From NCBI GenBank assembly GCA_028534125.1, contig CM052825.1, positions 25,978,001-26,042,000 of the forward strand: a stretch of DNA of 64,000 nt, read 5' to 3'. Source of the stretch: Lama glama (lineage: Eukaryota). Positions 1-13,610 of the stretch are shown here, piece after piece (the first letter of the stretch is position 1; each line of letters starts with the position of its first letter). Made by a program: the position numbers and the translations under genes. The notes below the pieces were generated by a model. That model was not told the origin of the DNA. It saw only the letters and a list, made by a program, of their open reading frames with translations, and ran no database searches.

Positions 1-2638
1 TGGTCAAGGTCTGGGACATGACTACACACCGAGCTAAGGAGGTGCATTGTGTGCAAACCATTGCATCGGTGGCCAGAGTCAAGTGGCGACCTGAGTGCCG
101 CCACCACCTAGCCACATGCTCCATGATGGTGGACCACAACATCTACGTGTGGGATGTGCGCCGACCCTTTGTGCCAGCCGCCATGTTTGAGGAACACCGC
201 GACGTCACAACAGGCATCGCCTGGCGCCACCCACATGACCCCTCCTTCCTGCTCTCCGGCTCTAAGGACAGTACCCTGTGCCAGCACCTGTTCCGTGATG
301 CCAGTCAGCCCGTTGAGCGTGCCAACCCTGAGGGTCTCTGCTACGGTCTCTTTGGGGATCTGGCCTTTGCAGCCAAGGAGAGCCTAGTGGCCACTGAATC
401 GGGGCGCAAACCCTACACCGGGGATCGGCGCCACCCAATCTTTTTCAAGCGCAAGCTGGATCCCGCTGAGCCCTTTGCAGGCCTTGCCTCCAGTGCCCTC
501 AGTGTCTTTGAAATGGAGCCTGGCAGTGGTAGCATGAGCTGGTTTGTGGACACGGCTGAACGTTATGCCCTGGCTGGCCGGCCACTGGCTGAACTCTGCG
601 ACCACAATGCAAAAGTGGCTCGAGAGCTTGGCCGCAACCAGGTAGGTGAGGCTGGGCTGAGGGGGCCATGACCCTGGGACAGCATCAGGGGGCTTCTCTG
701 ACTTTGCTAAGCCCAGACCCTGTCTTGAGTTTGGTGCTTGGCTCTGGTCAAGGCTACCACTGGCTTTTGCCCCCGTAACTGAGGGTGTCCAGAACCCCAA
801 GAGTGGGCCAGACACCAGTGCCATTCTTGGGGTGCCAGTCTGGGGTATTGTGGGGCTGGAGCCCCCTTTTCTGGCTTTTCTTGCTTTTGGATTTCCCAAG
901 GTGTCTGGCCCTGCAGAAGTCCACAGTGCTTCTCTCATCACCTCCGTGGGATCCCAGGCTCGTTTCCACATTTCCTTCTGTGCCTCTGCTGGATGGAGGC
1001 TAGGATTTTTGTCTTTCCCAAGAGAGCCTCAGCTCCCCTGTCTGGGGTGGGCCAGGACATTGGGTCCCTGGGGCAGCTGAAAGCTGAGGGTTTGTGGTTC
1101 CATTGGGGGGGGTACCTGCAGAGGCTGCCAGGGACCTAGGACCCTGTGAGTGACCAGTGCCCACCTCTAGGTGGCGCAGACGTGGACCATGCTACGAATC
1201 ATCTACTGTAGCCCTGGCCTAGTGCCTGCCACCAACCTCAACCACAGTGTGGGCAAGGGCAGCTCCTGCGGCCTGCCACTCATGAACAGGTAGACACCTG
1301 GGGGTGGCACTCCCTAGGGGGTAGGATTGCTGGAGTCCACCCACCTATTGACCCTCCCTCCCCCCAGTTTCAACTTGAAGGATATGGCCCCAGGGCTGGG
1401 CAGTGAGACGCGGCTGGACCGCAGCAAGGGTGACACACGGAGTGACACAGTGCTGCTGGACTCCTCAGCCACGCTCATCACCAATGAAGGTAGGCTAGAG
1501 GGCAGGCACAGAGCGTTCATGGGAGTGGGACTGGGGCGTGCCAGAGCAAGCCGGCCCTGGAATGCCCTCTCTCCCTCGGGCAGATAACGAGGAGACCGAG
1601 GGCAGCGATGTGCCTGCGGATTATCTGCTGGGCGATGTGGAGGGTGAGGAGGATGAGCTGTACCTCCTGGACCCAGAGCACGCACACTGTAAGTGAGGCT
1701 TGGGGAGGGGGAGGGGATGGGAGGCGGGGCCAGATACTCAGACCCTGTCTACCCCGCCCTGCACCACAGCCGAGGAGCCAGAGTACGTGCTGCCCCAGGA
1801 AGCCTTCCCGCTGCGCCACGAGATTGTGGACACCCCGCCCGGGCCTGAGCACCTGCAGGACAAGGCTGACTCGCCCCACGTGAGCGGCAGTGAGGCAGAC
1901 GCAGCCTCCCTGGTGCCTATGGACTCCTCCTTTTCACTCATCTCTGTCTCGCACGCACTGTACGACAGCCGCCTACCGCCTGACTTCTTCAGCGCCCTGG
2001 TGTGCGACATGCTGCGCTTCTATGCCGAGCAGGGTGACGTGCAGATGGCCGTATCCGTGCTCATCGTGCTGGGTGAACGTGTGCGCAAGGACATCGACGA
2101 GCAGACCCAGGTGGGTGACAGGGTCTAGGGGGCTTTCCTGGAGCAGCTGCTACCCCCAGGACTGCCCCTGTACGGTCCCCCTGCACCCATACCCGTGTCT
2201 GTGCCCAGCACAGTCTGGTGAGGCCCCTCAGTGCGCTTGCGACCCTGGCTTCCTACCTCCCTCCTCCCCTCCCCACACCACCAGGAGCACTGGTACACGT
2301 CCTACATCGACCTGCTGCAGCGCTTCTGCCTCTGGAACGTGTCCAACCAGGTGGTCAAGCTCAGCACCAGCCGCGCCATCAGCTGCCTCAACCAGGCCTC
2401 CACCACCCTGCACGTCAACTGCAGTCACTGCAAGCGGCCCATGAGCAGCCGGGGCTGGGTCTGCGACAGGTGCCACCGCTGCGCCAGCATGTGCGCCGTC
2501 TGCCACCACGTGGTCAAGGGTCTCTTCGTGTGGTGCCAGGGCTGCAGTCACGGCGGCCACCTGCAGCACATCATGAAGTGGCTGGAGGGCAGCTCCCACT
2601 GCCCTGCCGGCTGTGGCCACCTGTGCGAGTACTCCTGA
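1..2638 (+). CDS. WDR24: GATOR2 complex protein WDR24, 3' portion (exons <1-641, 1171-1289, 1368-1489, 1584-1688, 1770-2110, 2285-2638)
   Basis: WD40 peptide ([33 protein letters not shown]) and C-terminal Zn-finger/RING ([30 protein letters not shown]...[12 protein letters not shown]); GT-AG junctions keep frame; AATAAA at 2681-2686. Confidence 0.97.
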
Positions 2639-2719
2639 CCAGCCTGCCGGACCCGGAGGGGGGGTGGGGCTTATGAACCAAATAAAGGAAGCAGGAGCCG
2701 CAGTCTGGGGCTACCTGTC

Positions 2720-3360
2720 ATCTGGTCGCGTCGCTTAAGGTCGGATCCCCGCGGGGGGTCTTGTCACCAAGTGAGCTGTCAGTAGCCAGTAGCTGCTTCT
2801 GGTGTGGCCTTCGTCCCGCCTTTCGGAAGTACCCCCTCCTTCCGGGGCGGGCCAAAGGAGGCCGCTTCCGGGAGCCGCGCCGTTGCCACGACGACGAAGT
2901 TCCCGGCATGCCTCGCGGCGGCGGGCTCATGGCACCTGGGTTGCGACCACTTCTGCTGCTCGCGTTCTGGATGCTGGCGTCTTCCGCCCGTAGTCCCGCG
3001 GAGGCGAACGACGGAGGATGGTGAGCGGCGCTGGGCGGCCGGATAGAGCGGGGCGCGAGGCGGGACGGCCCGGGGCATTCACCGGTTGTGTCCGCAGGCC
3101 GCGGTATGGGCCGGGGGCACCGGTGGCCGTGGCGGAGGAGGAACGCTGCACGGTGGAGCGCCGAGTGGACCTCAGCTACGCCGAGTTCATGCAGCAGTAT
3201 GTGCATCCTCCTGTGTGGCCACACCCACGCCCGAAAACCATCCTTGGGGTTCCGTCACCCTACACCGCTGAGGCCGTGCACTGGTCTGCTGGCCCGTAAC
3301 CCCGGAACTCCCTAGGCTGCCTCTCCCAGAACTCATGCGAGCGCGCGTGGGCGGGACGGT
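2720..3360. promoter_or_regulatory. CpG island / JMJD8 promoter with ETS (CGGAAGT, CTTCCGG) motifs
   Basis: High CpG density around JMJD8 exons 1-2; CGGAAGT at ~2824. Confidence 0.75.
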
Positions 3361-4525
3361 GGTAGGCGTGGACTAGCCCTGGCGGTGACCCTGCCCTTCT
3401 TTCTAGCTACGCCTTCTCCAGACCTGTCATTCTGCAAGGGCTCACAGACAACTCGGTGAGTGCTCACGCCTCTCTCGGCCACCTTTCGCCCTTGCTAGAC
3501 CTGACCCCTAAGTCCTCTCCCTACTCCTGCAGAGGTTCCGGGTCCTGTGCTCCCGTGAAAGGCTACTGGCCTCTTTTGGGGACAGCGTGGTCCGGTTGAG
3601 TACTGCCAACACCTACTCCTACCGGAAAGGTGAGCTGCCCTACCCTGCAACCCAGCATCGTGCTACCAGCACAAACCAGTCATGACCATCCCTTTTCACA
3701 CTGCAGTGGATCTGCCCTTTCAGGAGTATGTGGAGCAGATGCTGCACCCTCAGGATCCCCTCTCCATGGGCAATGGTGAGCCAGATTAGGGTAGCATGGG
3801 ATGATTTAGGATTGCCTAGGTGCCGAGATCCCTGCATTCTCCCATGTTCTCTCTGACAGACACCCTGTACTTTTTCGGGGACAACAACTTCACTGAATGG
3901 GCATCACTCTTTCGGCACTACTCTCCACCTCCATTTGGTCTGCTAGGTACCACTCCTGCTTATAGCTTTGGAATTGCAGGTGAGTGTGCCTTTCAGGACC
4001 AGGAGACTTGGGGACTGGGCAGCCAGAGAGAAGGGGGAGAGGATTAAGCTTGGTAACCAATTGTTCATAAATAACCCACAGGAGCCGGCTCTGGGGTGCC
4101 CTTCCACTGGCATGGTCCCGGGTTCTCGGAGGTGATCTACGGCCGCAAGGTCAGCACAGGGTGGTGGCTGAGACTTTGGATTCACTGACCACAACACACA
4201 GAATAACCTTGCTGCTCCCATTCTCAGCGCTGGTTCCTGTACCCCCCTGAGAAGACACCAGAGTTCCACCCCAACAAGACCACGCTGGCCTGGCTCCAGG
4301 ACACATACCCGGCCTTGGCACCATCTGCACGGCCCCTGGAATGCACCATCCAGGCTGGTGAGGTCAGTGGCTGGCAGGCTGGAGCCAGGGTGGGCGCAAC
4401 CAAGGGCCCCCAGCCAATCCCTGTGCCCTCCCATCCTCCACCAGGTGCTGTACTTCCCTGACCGGTGGTGGCATGCCACACTCAACCTCGACACCAGTGT
4501 CTTCATCTCTACCTTCCTCAGTTAG
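2929..4525 (+). CDS. JMJD8: JmjC domain-containing protein 8 (exons 2929-3020, 3098-3196, 3407-3455, 3533-3629, 3707-3775, 3860-3979, 4082-4149, 4228-4362, 4445-4525)
   Basis: Signal peptide MAPGLRPLLLLAFW; DTLYFFGDNNFTEWASLFRHY; JmjC motifs GVPFHWHGPG and YFPDRWWHATLNLD; canonical splice sites; in-frame upstream ATG at 2908. Confidence 0.96.
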
Positions 4526-4828
4526 CCAAAGGAAGGGGGTAGCTGGCGAACCTGTTGCACACCAGCACACGCCCCTATAGTGCTCACAGATTTTATTACA
4601 GGGACAGTGGTGGCAGCAGCAGCCTCAGCCCCTCACCCACTATTTCTGGTCTATAAGAGGGATGAGTGGAGACTCATGGCCCAGAACTGATGGGGGTGGG
4701 ATGGGGACACCAGCGCAGAGATCCAGGGACATAAACTATGTACAGAGGCTAAAGGCTACTGCCCTAAGGCCCTACTGTGCCAGGGTACCAGGCAAGGCAG
4801 GGTGAGTGACCCATGCATTTGCCCTGCC

Positions 4829-6764
<1,936 letters not shown>

Positions 6765-6920
6765 NNNNNNNNNNNNNNNNNNNNNNNNNNNNNNNNNNNN
6801 NNNNNNNNNNNNNNNNNNNNNNNNNNNNNNNNNNNNNNNNNNNNNNNNNNNNNNNNNNNNNNNNNNNNNNNNNNNNNNNNNNNNNNNNNNNNNNNNNNNN
6901 NNNNNNNNNNNNNNNNNNNN
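6765..6920. other. Assembly gap (N run) covering the STUB1 start codon
   Basis: N run in sequence. Confidence 1.
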
Positions 6921-7199
6921 GGCCCGCCCTGCGCCCGCAGCCCGAGCCCGCGATCCGCTCGGGCCCGGCCCAGCACTCAGCCACCGGAACTTCCGGTCGC
7001 GCGGGTGGGCGGGGACAGAGGGGTGGGCGGGGCCGCGCGTGCACCCGAAGCACGTCGGAGGCGGGGCAGGCAGGGAGTACGCACTCAAAACAACACCACG
7101 CGCGGCATCTAAATCTGAGAAGCCCGGAGTTGGTCCTGACTGAATCCCGCCCGGGCGCTCCAACGCCGCACCTCCGAGGCCCCGCCTCGGCGCGTAGAC

Positions 7200-8476
7200 A
7201 TGGCGGAGTCCTGTGGGCTTTGGGACTGTGAGGACCCGAGCCGCTGGGCCGCTGTCCTGAAGCGCCACCCGGAGGTGCTGCGGACGCGCGCGGGCCCTCG
7301 GGGACGGTTGGAAGCCCTGGACAGATGGTAGGGCTGTGGAAGGATCGGGCGGGCGGGCGACTTTCTTTGTCCGGACTCCCCGTCACCGCCCTTCCCCAGG
7401 TATCGAGAGGAGTTGCCTGCGGCCATCAAGGGCCGAGTAGAGAAGCACGTGACACGAGATGACCTGGAGCAGTTGCTGGCGTGGAAACTGGCAGTGAGGC
7501 GCTTCCCACGTGGGGGGTGGAGTCTCCTCCAGGGGCGGGGCACAGCCTCGTGGGCGTGACTTCCTTCTGGGCGGGCCCTCCTCCTTGAGGTGGACCCTCG
7601 CGGCGTGGGCGTGGCTTCCTCCTGGGAGCCGAGACCCCGACGAGGTCTACCAACCCTGAACCCTGACACGACCTGGCCACAGAGGGGCCTTTTCCGGCCG
7701 CGCCTGCAGCAACTCGTGACCGTCAACTCCCCGGAGCTGGTGGTGCAGCGTTCGGCCGCCGCTTTCCGCCTCCTGCCAGACATGCATGCAGCGGTCATGG
7801 AATTGTGCGCTCTCCAGGGTGTGGGCCCCACTACTGCCTCGGGTTAGTCGGGAGACCTGGGCACGCCGGCGGGGTTTAGGGCGGGACCTGGCCTATTAGC
7901 GTCCTTATCTGTGAAGTTGCCTAACGGCTACGCACATGACACCACACCGAGATCATTGGTAAGGGTGGCCCCAGGCTGAGTCTGTCCTGGGACTGATGGG
8001 GCCTGAATGCTGGCCCTTCACTGCCCGCAGCGATCCTGGCTGCTGGAGCTCCCGAGGTGGCCGCTTTCATGTCTGAGGAGGCAGTGGCCGCAGTGCCTGG
8101 CTTGCCAGCCCTGCAGTACACTCTCAAGCACTATCTGCTGTACTTGGGCAGGGTGCAAGAGCGTGCCACAGCCCTGAGCCGAGGTGAGGAGACTGACGAT
8201 GGTGGCCAGGGAGGGCATCCAGGACCCTGGTCAGGGTAGAGTGTGCACAGCTATCCAGCAGGGTAGGGTGGCCAGGGCCCCAGAGACCCAGACTCCCTCC
8301 GCTCCTCCCTAGGCAGGGCCTCAGGGCTGTGGACCCCTCACCACGTGGAGACAGCACTGTGGACATAGGCTATGGGGCAGAAGCTGTGCCCTGATCTACT
8401 GCCTGATCTCAGTCCCAGCCCAGCCACCCCCGACAACACCAGGCCAGCCAAGAAGCGCAGGACCCAGGCGGACTAA
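7200..8476 (+). CDS. Amun/zgc:112496-like HhH DNA-glycosylase-fold protein; exons 7200-7327, 7400-7493, 7683-7842, 8031-8183, 8313-8476; in-frame TAG at 8366-8368 (196 aa truncated; 232 aa if that codon is read as Trp)
   Basis: Strong Kozak (gacATGG); four GT-AG introns with matching phases (2,0,1,1); HhH motif LCALQGVGPTTASAIL; WKLARGLFRPRL; C-terminal PAKKRR; AATAAA at 8581-8586. Confidence 0.85.
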
Positions 8477-9109
8477 CTTGGCTGTGGCCCAGAACCTGCT
8501 CACCTGCCATATGACCTTAGGCTGCAAGTGTCTCTGGACAGCAGGCTGGCAGAGCAGGAGGCTGGCTGCTGCAGAAGCTCAATAAATGCTTATTGTACTC
8601 ACATGTGATCCTGAGGCCCACAACTCTCCCCAGGGGCTCCCACCTCCCACACAGAGGTACCTCCTGCCAGATGCAGAGGATCAAGGTGGGGGAGCCCATG
8701 CTGCCCACATGGAGGGAAGGGCCCTCACAATTTGTTTAGCCAGTGGGGAGAGCCCAGATCAGCCCCCAAAGTACCAGTACAGGTCCCTGATGCTGTGTAA
8801 AATATTTATTCATTCTCCAAAAAGGCTCAGACTGCAACTCTTGGAGGAGAGGCTGGGCACAGTCTCCTCTGGGGCCACCCTTGGGGACCCCCAACACACA
8901 GCCCAGTCCAGCAGTCCTTCCCCCCAGGCCTGGGAGGGGGCAGCCAGGGCTGATGTAAGGCTTGGCCTGGACTTGGCCACTGGGGCCACCTGACCCCGCG
9001 GGGAAGAAGTAGCCTCCAGACGTACATTCACAGAGGGTGGACATGCAGACCTGCCTGGTGGCTGGCCCACAGATGCTGCACCCTGGCTATTGTGGCCCTG
9101 GGGATCCTG

Positions 9110-11341
9110 TCAGGGTGGCGGGGGGACATGGGCACCCAGCAGGTCATAGGCGAAGACGTTCCAGAAGATGGCGAAGAGCAGGAACGTGCCATAGGCAAGC
9201 AGCACCACCCACCAGCCACACTGGTCCCGCAGGCGCTCCTCGTAGCTGCGCAGGATGGTCAGGCCCATGCTGACACCCACCACTGCACCCGCTAGGTGTG
9301 CCATGAAGCTCGGTTGCGGGCCAGAGGCAGGCAGTGGCGGGGAGAAGCGCAGCCACACAGCCCGGCCCACCTCGGAGCTCACTGCAGAGGGAGGCAGCAG
9401 GTGAGAGATGCCCTAGCAGTAGGCTGAGGCCCACCCCCCGGGCCCTCTACTTACTGCACACCAGGGCCAGCACCATCCTTAGCAGCTTGTAGGGACACCT
9501 CATCCCAGCCCAGTTCTGAGAGAGCGTGAATAAGAAAAGCTGCGAGGCAGGCCTTGTGGACCCCTCCCCGCCCGCCGCTGGGGCTGCCCCATTACCATGA
9601 CGACATTGGCCAGGTGTGCGGAGCACAGGGCGTAGACCCCGCCGGAGCCCCCCACCACAGGGGCCCGCATGTCAGTAATGGAGACGGTCAAGGAACCTGT
9701 ATGAGCAAGGGGAGAGCTGTGAGGTGAGGCCTGCCAGTGAGGTGCCCAGGGTGCATGTGCCTGCCTCACCTGCCAGCACACCCGCCAGGTAGAGAAGGCT
9801 GATACGGAGCAGGCCGTGTACCATCTCCAGGGGCACCCCGATCATCAGCTGCAGGAGCGCATTGAACCCCAGCTGCTCTAGCCTGGTTGTGTGGGGGCAA
9901 ACAGGTACGAAGGGTGAAGTCCCCCTGCCCCCACCTCAAGGGGCCAAGCCCTCCTGATTCAATCTGAGGGGTGCCGGGGTGGGAAGCCCACTCACCCAAC
10001 ATGCATGAACATGTAGGTGACGAAGCGCCAGGCTCGAGCACGGTGGCCGGGGTGGTACACAAGGGGGCTCTTCATGTACTCGGGGTGGTAGGTCTGCAGC
10101 ACCCACTTGTTGAAACGGGCCCCGTAGCACAGGAACACAATGATCTGGAGGGCGACAAGCATTAAGGCCAGGCAGGGCCAGGGATGCTGGATGGAGGCTC
10201 CCCAGGGCAGGGTGGGGGCGGTGGGCAAGCAGGCCCACCTGAGCTAGGGTGACCGAGGCCATAAACACTGGGGGTGGGCAGCTGCGGTGCCGGTAGAAGT
10301 ACCAGTGGCGGTCCACCTCTCGGGGCAGGATCTCGTAGGCCACGTAGCGGACAAACCGCTTGTAGACACCCAGGCCCGGCTCGTCCAGCAGCCCATCCCG
10401 GGGCAGTGCCCGCTGTCCGTTGGCGATGGCCCGCTTGAAGCTGCTTGAGCGCTTGCTGCTGATCTGGGGGGGTGGGGCCTAGGCATATAGGCCACCATAT
10501 TCCCCCCATGGCTGCCCTGCCTAAGTGGTCCACCCCTTTCCTCACAGGGTCTGAGGCCCTGCCCCACGTCTACAGCCCTCCCAAGTGGGAAGGGCAGGGA
10601 GGAGGGGCCGCCTGCCCATCCCACTCCAGCCAGGGCACTGTGCCTGCTAAGGCCTGGGCCCCCAACCCAGCTGCCCAGCCCCCGTGCACTGACCAGGTCC
10701 ACCAGCTCCTGGTAGCAGACCTGGCCCCGCTCGTTGCTCTGGGCCAGAGCCACCAGCATGTCCAGCTTGGCAGGGTCCAGGGGCAGCTCATGGCTATGCA
10801 CCAGGCCAGTGAAGGTGTCCGCACCGATGAAGCCTGTATTTTCAGGGTCCAGCTGCTGGGGTTGGGGCAGGGTGGGGGCAGTGGCCAAGGCCTGAGGGTG
10901 GGCCCAGCCCCTAGACCACAGGGCTGGACCAGGTCAGCTGGGAGAGGCAGGTTCCAAGCACCTTCAGTCCAAGCCCCTGTGCCCACATGGTCACAGAAGC
11001 TCTGGACACTGGTGCCTGGGACCCAGGCCTCCAGCTTCTCCAGCTGTCTCCCCACCTCATTTCTGCCCTGCCCATCTTGGAAGGGTAGGGCCAAGGTCTG
11101 AGGACAACCACCCTCCCTCCCGCCCTTCACCCATCGCCGTGGTCTGGCTCGCCCTTTTCTGGGGTCTCAGGCAAGGGACCAAGGTCGTGCAGGGAGAAGA
11201 CTGAGCTGAGGGTCTCTGGGAGTTCCGTACCCCACAGCCCCCCCAAGGGCGGAAGGCCAAGTCGGGGGCGGTGCCGGCGCCCCACCCCCACCCCCCACGC
11301 ACCTGTTCCTGGATAAGCTGCAGCAGCGAGCTCCTATCCAT
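9110..11341 (-). CDS. RHBDL1: Rhomboid-related protein 1 (intramembrane serine protease)
   Basis: [13 protein letters not shown] / [15 protein letters not shown]; [12 protein letters not shown]; catalytic GGSGG and AHLAG; ends [10 protein letters not shown]; minus-strand AATAAA at 8805-8810. Confidence 0.96.
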
Positions 11342-11710
11342 AGAGCCAGGCCGGGCCGGGGACCGGGGACCGGGGGCCGGGGTCGGCGGCCGCGGCCGGG
11401 AGGGGCTGCTCTGCGGACGACTCCGCTCCGCCCCGGCCCTCCGGCTCCGCCCGCTCCGCTCAGCGCCGCGTCACGGAGCCGCCCGCCCCCGCCGCACACG
11501 GCGCTGCCGCCGGCCCAGCCACACGCGCACCCCCCCACTCGGACGTGCCCCCAAAAGAAGGGCGCGGGTCGCCGAGTTCCCACCCTGATCAGCGAGCGCT
11601 GCGTGCAGGCACCCCTAGGCCGCAGCGGGGAAACTGAGTCATGAGCGGCTCGCAGGCCCCTACCGCGCACACCCCTTGGTCTCGAGCTGGGGCCGCGGCG
11701 CCGACACCAT
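11270..11710. promoter_or_regulatory. CpG island / RHBDL1 promoter
   Basis: CpG-rich with GC boxes around exon 1. Confidence 0.7.
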
Positions 11711-12929
11711 CCCCACCGGGAAGTTTTCAGGGAACAGCCCACAGCTGGGACTCCCCAGGCAGGGGCTCCTTGAAGGCGCCTCTCTGCAAGACAGGCTCGC
11801 CTGTCCTGCTAGTAAGACGGCAACACGGCCCTAGCCCTCCCCAGGGTGCGCTGAAGCCAACAGGGCTACTAGCAGGGAAGGGGGAAGGTCCTTGCAGCTG
11901 CCTCTGCTCAACGGGTGGACACCAACCCATAGCACACACTTCAGGCTAGAGGTTCCTGATCGCTCCTGTGGCCACAATACTGAAGAGCCCCCAACGGACA
12001 AGACTGCAGCCGGGATGAGAAGCCCTACTTCTTGGGGAGGGCAGGAAAGTGACCGACTCTGGGAACGTGCAACCATAGCAACCCCTACCAGGGCCACTCA
12101 TAACCGTGATGCAGCTGGGCCTCAGGATAGTCGCAGCAGCTAGAAATAGCATCCTGCCCTGTCCTGAACGGAGGATCTCTGGCCATTGGAATTGGGAAGC
12201 TGGTTGGATGGTTGAGGTAACTTCAGGGCCTGACCCCAGCTCCTACTGGGTCAGGCACGAGCATCCCTACCAGGTGGGCTGTTCCTCAACCTCTATAAAC
12301 GGCATACATATCAAGCTGGGGGAGGAGCCCTGGACTGCAAGCCTGCCTTGCACAGGAAGCACAGTATGTGGAGGGGCAGTTGTGGAGCCAAGGTCTTCCA
12401 CCTGGACACACCATGGGCTGACTCTGCTCACCAGAGAGAACACCTGAACAGCAAGTGCCAAAGACTAACCCTAAGATGAGCCCCCTCCTCAGGCCAGGAA
12501 AGTTCTGTCCCTTCTCCTCACGCTGGAGCTCTTTGGCTGTCTTCTGCCCAATGGGAGAGGCAGAGACCTCTGGGTGGGGAATGAGGAATGGGGCAGCTCC
12601 CCCAGGTCAGGGCCACCTTACACATCTCAGAACCCCAAATCCTCAACACAATTCAAACTGACAGGATGCTGAGATTTGGGGAGTGGGCACACCTGGGGAG
12701 GATTCACATCAGAACGACCTCAGGTATCAGGCCCCCTCCAGCCTCTTATCCTCAGGCCAGCATGGACCTCACTGAATGTAAAGGCTCTGAGGCTGCAGCT
12801 GGGCCATAATTGACCCTTACCCTGGCCTGAGGCCTCAGGATGGTAACCCAAAACCAGAAGGGAGGGGTGTGGCCAGGAGTAACATTTCCAGCCCACATCC
12901 AGACCAAGGACATGTTTTAGTTGATTTAA

Positions 12930-13218
12930 NNNNNNNNNNNNNNNNNNNNNNNNNNNNNNNNNNNNNNNNNNNNNNNNNNNNNNNNNNNNNNNNNNNNNNN
13001 NNNNNNNNNNNNNNNNNNNNNNNNNNNNNNNNNNNNNNNNNNNNNNNNNNNNNNNNNNNNNNNNNNNNNNNNNNNNNNNNNNNNNNNNNNNNNNNNNNNN
13101 NNNNNNNNNNNNNNNNNNNNNNNNNNNNNNNNNNNNNNNNNNNNNNNNNNNNNNNNNNNNNNNNNNNNNNNNNNNNNNNNNNNNNNNNNNNNNNNNNNNN
13201 NNNNNNNNNNNNNNNNNN
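12930..13218. other. Assembly gap (N run) adjoining an L1 fragment
   Basis: N run in sequence. Confidence 1.
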
Positions 13219-13610
13219 CCGGAGGAAAATATAATTCAAAGACACATGCACCCCAATATTCACAGAAGCACTATTTACAAGAGTCAAGACATGGAAACCA
13301 CCCAAATGTCCACTGACAGCTGACTGGATGGATATGGTATACATATACTATGGAATACTATTCAGCCATAAAAAGAATAAAATAATGCATTTGCAGTAAC
13401 ATAGATGGACCTGGAGACCGTCATTCTAAGTGAAGTAAACCAGAAAGAAAAAGAAAAATACCATATGATATCGCTTATATGTGAAATCTAAAAAAGACAC
13501 AAATGAATTTATCTGCAAAACAGAAACAAATTCACAGACATAGAACAAATTTATGGTTACCAGGGGGTAAAGGGGGTGGGAAGGGATAAATTGGGAATTC
13601 GAAATTTGCA
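13219..13610 (+). mobile_element. LINE-1 fragment (ORF2 C-terminal end and start of 3' UTR)
   Basis: gacacatgcacccca...gcactatttaca...aaatgtccactgac...ggaatactattcagccataaaaaagaat...gacctggag...ctaagtgaagta, typical of an L1 ORF2 3' end. Confidence 0.9.

Noticed and set aside
8366-8368. Programmed readthrough or selenocysteine/pyrrolysine recoding of the in-frame stop
   Set aside because: The codon is TAG not TGA, there is no CTAG readthrough context or evident SECIS, and mammals lack pyrrolysine; a TGG>TAG change is simpler
12835-13344. ORFs spanning the second N gap
   Set aside because: Gap plus L1 sequence, not genes
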